A DNA stretch of 61,701 nt from a virus (taxonomy: Duplodnaviria; Caudoviricetes): IMG/VR virus record IMGVR_UViG_3300008120_000180, positions 1-61,701 of that record; one strand, given 5' to 3'. The translations under genes and the position numbers were made by a program. Numbering within the stretch: the first letter of the stretch is position 1; every line of letters begins with the position of its first letter. Of this stretch, positions 57,205-61,701 are shown piece after piece. Below the pieces are notes generated by a model. The model did not search any database. It saw only the letters and a program-made list of their open reading frames with translations, and had not been told where the DNA came from.

Positions 57205-57834
57205 ATGTCTATTTTATCTGTAAACATACCACACTTTTATTGTTTATTGAGAAAAGAATATCTGTATAATTTGAAAGACCATTTTGGTGAATATGAACTT
57301 TGTTCTGTGTTTGGCGTAACTTCTATACCAGCAAGAGCAATTACATTTACATGTATGATTAATAATGGTTCACAAGTTGCAAGATTACCCATATCTGCTT
57401 TTTGTTGGAAAGAGTGTAATCCGCAACCACTCGAAGTTTTAGAATTATGGGATTGTTTCTCATATAATTTAACTTGTGTTTCGTATGATTATCTTAAAGG
57501 TTTAAGAGTATCATCTTTCTTAAAAGATAAGAAGTGGTATGATGGTGAATATATGTTCACCTTAGATTGGTATGGTTCACCTTATGCGGAAGATCCTGGA
57601 GAAGGTGGGTTTAAAACGGCACACATCATAAAATTAGATACAGGAAATTTTGCGGCTCAACCAAATAATAGAATTTGTTGGTATGAGCCAGCATTTATAC
57701 CAAAACCATACAAAGAATCAGAATCTAAACCAGATTATAAAGTAAATGAACACACTTGGAAATGCGAAGGACGATCTAAATGGTATACAGAAAATTCTGA
57801 TAAATATTTCTACGAGATAACACAGGAAAACTAA
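57205..57834 (+). CDS. Conserved phage hypothetical protein
   Basis: NIP.FYC..RKEYLY, RLPISAF, LELWDCFSY, G.YMFTLDW, AAQPNNRI.W. Confidence 0.75.
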   Translation: MSILSVNIPHFYCLLRKEYLYNLKDHFGEYELCSVFGVTSIPARAITFTCMINNGSQVARLPISAFCWKECNPQPLEVLELWDCFSYNLTCVSYDYLKGLRVSSFLKDKKWYDGEYMFTLDWYGSPYAEDPGEGGFKTAHIIKLDTGNFAAQPNNRICWYEPAFIPKPYKESESKPDYKVNEHTWKCEGRSKWYTENSDKYFYEITQEN

Positions 57835-57835
57835 G

Positions 57836-59110
57836 ATGGCACAATATAGACTCGATCAGGGAATTGTAGATCCACCACACAAAACAAGATACGAAATGAT
57901 GATGTTGGCTGATAACTGGGGAAACCAGTCAGAATGGAGACCTCAATTCACCAATAACAATCGTCTTAAAGTTACTCCATATCAAACAGTATTCTTTAAC
58001 ACTTTCCAGTATGGTAAAGAGACTGATGTATGGGACGAGAGTATAACTGGAACTGCCAGCGCAGCTCATAATGTGAATGCCAGTAATGTTGTAATGCAAG
58101 TTGGATCTGCTGCTGGAAGTAAAATCGTTCGACAAACCAAGCAGGTGATGAGATATATTCCTGGTAGGGGAGCAACTCTAGCATTTGCAATTCGTCTTGA
58201 TACACCAGTAGCAGGCGTTCGTAGAAGATTTGGATTGTTTGACGATAATAATGGCGCATACTTTGAAGATAATGGTGGTGTATATTCATATGTTCTTCGT
58301 AGTAACGTAACTGGTAGTGTTCAAGAAACAAGAGTAACCAGAGATAATTGGAATGGTGAAAAGTTTGATGGAAATGGTTGGACTGGAGTGACTGCTGATC
58401 CAACAAAACAACAAATGATTTCAATCAACTATGAATGGTATGGTGCAGGTATCGTCCAGTTTAGTTGGTTGATTAAGAATGAGACAATTGTATCACATAC
58501 TTTTGACAACTCAAATACTAATGATAGAGTTTGGTGTTCTACTCCATTCTTACCAATTAGAGTTGAGATAGAAAATGTAACTGGTGTTGCAGGAACTCAT
58601 TATATATATCAAGGTTCTAATTCTCTTATTCAGGAAGGAGAACCAGAAAAACTTGGAACTCTGTTGAGTATCGCAAATCCCATCACAGGGACAACAATGG
58701 CACTTGCAAATACATTTTATCCAATTATAAGTCTTCGTTTGAAGTCTACTCAATTATCTGCGGTGATGCTCTTAAGGTCACTACAAACAGCAACAAATGA
58801 TAATACAAATGTGTATTGGAAACTTATTGAGAATGCAACAAACACAGGTGGGACTTGGGTAGATCATCCAGATCCAAACTCATTTATACAATACAATATC
58901 ACTCAAACGGCAACGACTGGCGGTACTAATTTATTAAATGGATTTATTGTTGGTGGAGGTGCTGCATTGATTAATATTGATGATAAAGCATCACTTCAGC
59001 TAGGAAGATCAAGTCTCGGCACAGTATCGGATACATATACCCTTGCCTGTGCGTCTCCAAACACAAACAAAGATGCATTAGCAGTTCTTAACTGGATTGA
59101 ACAACGATGA
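57836..59110 (+). CDS. Putative virion structural protein (beta-rich)
   Basis: RQTK..MRY.PG, RFG.FD.NNG..FE, YEWYGAG; late-gene context. Confidence 0.65.
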   Translation: MAQYRLDQGIVDPPHKTRYEMMMLADNWGNQSEWRPQFTNNNRLKVTPYQTVFFNTFQYGKETDVWDESITGTASAAHNVNASNVVMQVGSAAGSKIVRQTKQVMRYIPGRGATLAFAIRLDTPVAGVRRRFGLFDDNNGAYFEDNGGVYSYVLRSNVTGSVQETRVTRDNWNGEKFDGNGWTGVTADPTKQQMISINYEWYGAGIVQFSWLIKNETIVSHTFDNSNTNDRVWCSTPFLPIRVEIENVTGVAGTHYIYQGSNSLIQEGEPEKLGTLLSIANPITGTTMALANTFYPIISLRLKSTQLSAVMLLRSLQTATNDNTNVYWKLIENATNTGGTWVDHPDPNSFIQYNITQTATTGGTNLLNGFIVGGGAALINIDDKASLQLGRSSLGTVSDTYTLACASPNTNKDALAVLNWIEQR

Positions 59111-59209
59111 CTGATGTATCTGATATTCTTACGATACGATCTCTTTTTGTTTCTTTTGGAACTACTATAGAAGTCGTTTCTCTACTAGGTTAGTTCGAAA
59201 TTATCTAAT

Positions 59210-61701
59210 ATGACAACACTATCTTTTAATACAACATCATCGTTAACGACGCAAACCATAACTATATCTTCGCACGGTTTACAAACTGGTGAGATTGTAA
59301 GATATAATGATGGAACAGATCCGGCTCCATATAATATAGGATTAGTTAATGCAACAGAGTATAATGTTGTTAAGAAAGACAATAATACTTTATTCATAAC
59401 CACAAGCCTAGATAATATTAAATTTTTCGTAGCACAAGTAGAAGAATTAATTAATCTATCGAATAATACAATCTATATTGAAGAACATGGATTTAATACT
59501 GGTGATAGAGTTATCTATAATTCTAACGGAGGTAATCCTCTTGGTGGTCTTGTTAATTGGAATACATATTATGTAATTAGAGTTGACGATAACAATATTA
59601 AATTGGCAAATTCAACAGTCGATGCGAATGCTAATATTGCTATAGATATAACAAATCCTGGTACAGAATTTTCGCATCTTTTATTTAAATACATAACTCT
59701 TATTCCTAGTTCTTCTCCACCACAAACACATTCATTAGAATATAATTATTATTTGGATAATATTATTACTGCAGGAGCTACTGGATTCTTAGGATCAACA
59801 GGATTCCTAGGTTCAACTGGATTTACAGGATCAACTGGGTTCCAGGGTTCAACTGGGTTCCAGGGATCAACTGGATTTACAGGATCAACGGGATTCCAGG
59901 GATCAACAGGATTTACGGGATCAACAGGATTTACAGGATCGACTGGGTTCATTGGATCAACGGGATTCCAGGGATCAACAGGATTTACGGGATCAACAGG
60001 ATTTACAGGATCGACTGGGTTCATTGGATCAACAGGATTCCAAGGATCAACAGGATTTACAGGTGCCACAGGACCAATTGGTGGTTCTAATACACAAGTC
60101 TTATATAATTCGTCAGGTACTGTTGCTGGTTCATCAAATTTAACATTCGATGGAACGAGATTAACTGCTGCTGCACTGACAGTTGATACGAATACTTTAT
60201 TTGTAGATTCAACAAATGATAGAGTTGGTATTGGTTTAACTAATCCTGCACATAAGTTAGATGTAAGAGGTAATACTGCCAAAATTTTTAATGGAACTTA
60301 CGCTGCGGATACAACATTACATATTGGTAGTGCTGATGAATTAAATCCAGGCCAAGGAATGTATTTAACATTTCATGGTAGCGCAACACCTCCGTATTCT
60401 AGTATAAATTCTCTTTCGCAAGGAGTCTCGTGGAGAAATATTGCATTAGTACCAAGTGGCGGTTCAGTTGGTATTGGAACAACAAGTCCAGGAACAATAC
60501 TTGAAGTATTCGGAGGTTCAATAACAACACGAGCTGGAACTGCTCAAGATTCAGTTATAATAGCTGGCAGAGCAGGAGGAACTTCAAGTTATGGTGTAAC
60601 TTTAACACCAACAACTCTATCAGCTTCAAGAACATTAACATTACCTGATACTACAGGAACCATTGTTACAACAGGTGATTCTGGAACAGTAACATCCACA
60701 ATGATTGCTGATGGTACTATCGTTAATGGTGACATCAATGCATCAGCAGCAATTGCAGTGTCCAAGTTAGCAGCATCAACAATTTCTGGTATTACATTGG
60801 GTAATAACTTGAATACCCTGACAATGAATGTGTCAGGAACAGGTCTAAGTGGATCAACTACATACAATGGATCGGCTGCTGCTACATTTACAGTAACTTC
60901 AAACGCAACTTCAGCGAACACAGCATCAGCTATTGTGGCTAGAGATGCATCTGGTAACTTCAGTGCGGGAACAATTACAGCAACAACATTAGCAGGAACT
61001 CTATCAACAGCCGCACAAACAAATATTACGAGTTTAGGAACATTAACATCATTAACAATAAGCGGAAATTTAACAGTAGATACGAATACTTTATTTGTAG
61101 ATTCAACAAATGATAGAGTTGGTATCGGAACGTCGAGTCCAGCCAGAACTTTACATGTACATAATGCCGTTGCCGATAATCATTTATACCTCTCTAGCGT
61201 AGGACCAAGTATTATCATGGGTAATAATGTAACTTTTGCATCAAGTACCATGTACTATTTGATGGCGATGGCTACGGCGAATGGTCAATATGGACTGAAT
61301 GCTGGAGATACTATTTTAGGTAATTATGGTAACTCCAGAGGCAATCTGCATATCAATAGTAACTATTCTGGTACTGGAACCACCAATGTGATTATGCAAC
61401 CTAGTTCTGGTAGTGTTGGTATTGGAATTGCACCAACAACTAAGTTACATATAGCCACCGCTACTAATAATGGATTAAGTATCACCAGTACAGATGGCAC
61501 CACATTTCGTGGAATTTTATTTAACACAAATGATAGTGCTCTAAGTATGGGGACCACAACGGCGCATGGTATAGCCTTTTATACCAGCAATGCCGAAAGA
61601 GCCAGTATTAATTCTGCTGGTGATGTAATCATAGGAAATGCCAGCAATCCAGGCAATACGCTGAGATATCTGGATCTGTATAACACAAATACTGGCGCAT
61701 C
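59210..61701 (+). CDS. Tail fibre protein with collagen-like repeats, 5' part (runs off the window)
   Basis: Open from ATG 59210. HG..TGD.V.Y domains, (GSTGFx)n, [13 protein letters not shown] and G.VGIGT fibre repeats, [16 protein letters not shown]. Confidence 0.8.
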   Translation, partial: MTTLSFNTTSSLTTQTITISSHGLQTGEIVRYNDGTDPAPYNIGLVNATEYNVVKKDNNTLFITTSLDNIKFFVAQVEELINLSNNTIYIEEHGFNTGDRVIYNSNGGNPLGGLVNWNTYYVIRVDDNNIKLANSTVDANANIAIDITNPGTEFSHLLFKYITLIPSSSPPQTHSLEYNYYLDNIITAGATGFLGSTGFLGSTGFTGSTGFQGSTGFQGSTGFTGSTGFQGSTGFTGSTGFTGSTGFIGSTGFQGSTGFTGSTGFTGSTGFIGSTGFQGSTGFTGATGPIGGSNTQVLYNSSGTVAGSSNLTFDGTRLTAAALTVDTNTLFVDSTNDRVGIGLTNPAHKLDVRGNTAKIFNGTYAADTTLHIGSADELNPGQGMYLTFHGSATPPYSSINSLSQGVSWRNIALVPSGGSVGIGTTSPGTILEVFGGSITTRAGTAQDSVIIAGRAGGTSSYGVTLTPTTLSASRTLTLPDTTGTIVTTGDSGTVTSTMIADGTIVNGDINASAAIAVSKLAASTISGITLGNNLNTLTMNVSGTGLSGSTTYNGSAAATFTVTSNATSANTASAIVARDASGNFSAGTITATTLAGTLSTAAQTNITSLGTLTSLTISGNLTVDTNTLFVDSTNDRVGIGTSSPARTLHVHNAVADNHLYLSSVGPSIIMGNNVTFASSTMYYLMAMATANGQYGLNAGDTILGNYGNSRGNLHINSNYSGTGTTNVIMQPSSGSVGIGIAPTTKLHIATATNNGLSITSTDGTTFRGILFNTNDSALSMGTTTAHGIAFYTSNAERASINSAGDVIIGNASNPGNTLRYLDLYNTNTGA
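59773..60075 (+). repeat. Collagen-like 18-bp repeats including a perfect 72-bp tandem duplication
   Basis: GGATCAACNGGNTTYNNN units; 59882-59953 identical to 59954-60025. Confidence 0.9.
60185..61125 (+). repeat. 47-bp perfect direct repeat pair inside the fibre gene
   Basis: GATACGAATACTTTATTTGTAGATTCAACAAATGATAGAGTTGGTAT at 60185-60231 and 61079-61125. Confidence 0.9.

Noticed and set aside
59749-60282. Minus-strand [13 protein letters not shown]
   Set aside because: Antisense reading of the collagen-like repeat.
1-61701. Stop-codon reassignment
   Set aside because: Long core genes are intact in the standard code, TAG and TGA end genes normally, and no suppressor tRNA was found.

Overview
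This 61.7-kb AT-rich window is an internal segment of a large T4-like (Tevenvirinae/Kyanoviridae-type) myophage genome in the standard genetic code. All product calls come from motif recognition and gene order; no database search was run. 1-27.6 kb is the baseplate/tail module: a fibre-like gene, a VrlC-like protein, gp8, gp7, gp6, gp25, gp5, gp27-like, gp53, gp48, gp4, gp54-like, gp26, gp51 and a tape-measure-like protein with a GH19 domain. 27.6-32.5 kb holds a DNA-hypermodification cassette (a TET/JBP-type 2OG-Fe(II) dioxygenase plus two TET-associated glycosyltransferases) and a broken dCMP deaminase. 32.6-40.9 kb is an accessory region with GIY-YIG homing endonucleases, a four-member Ser-X peptide family, a tRNA array with several non-canonical tRNAs, and several unexplained structured RNAs. 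40.9-57 kb carries DNA ligase, gp32, gp59, gp33, uvsW, uvsY, an exonuclease, phoH, a MoxR/vWA pair, pseT and a nucleotidyltransferase. The window ends in a collagen-repeat tail fibre. Best leads: (i) a coiled-coil gene followed by a ~210-nt closed RNA carrying heptamer repeats; (ii) the conserved-leader (Ser-X)n peptide family; (iii) a tRNA-like RNA with two T-arms; (iv) TET plus two glycosyltransferases with no neighbouring methyltransferase; (v) a likely gp26-gp51 -1 frameshift; (vi) a G[A/S]TG motif spread through the virion proteins. One gene hints at an Acidobacteria host (inference only).
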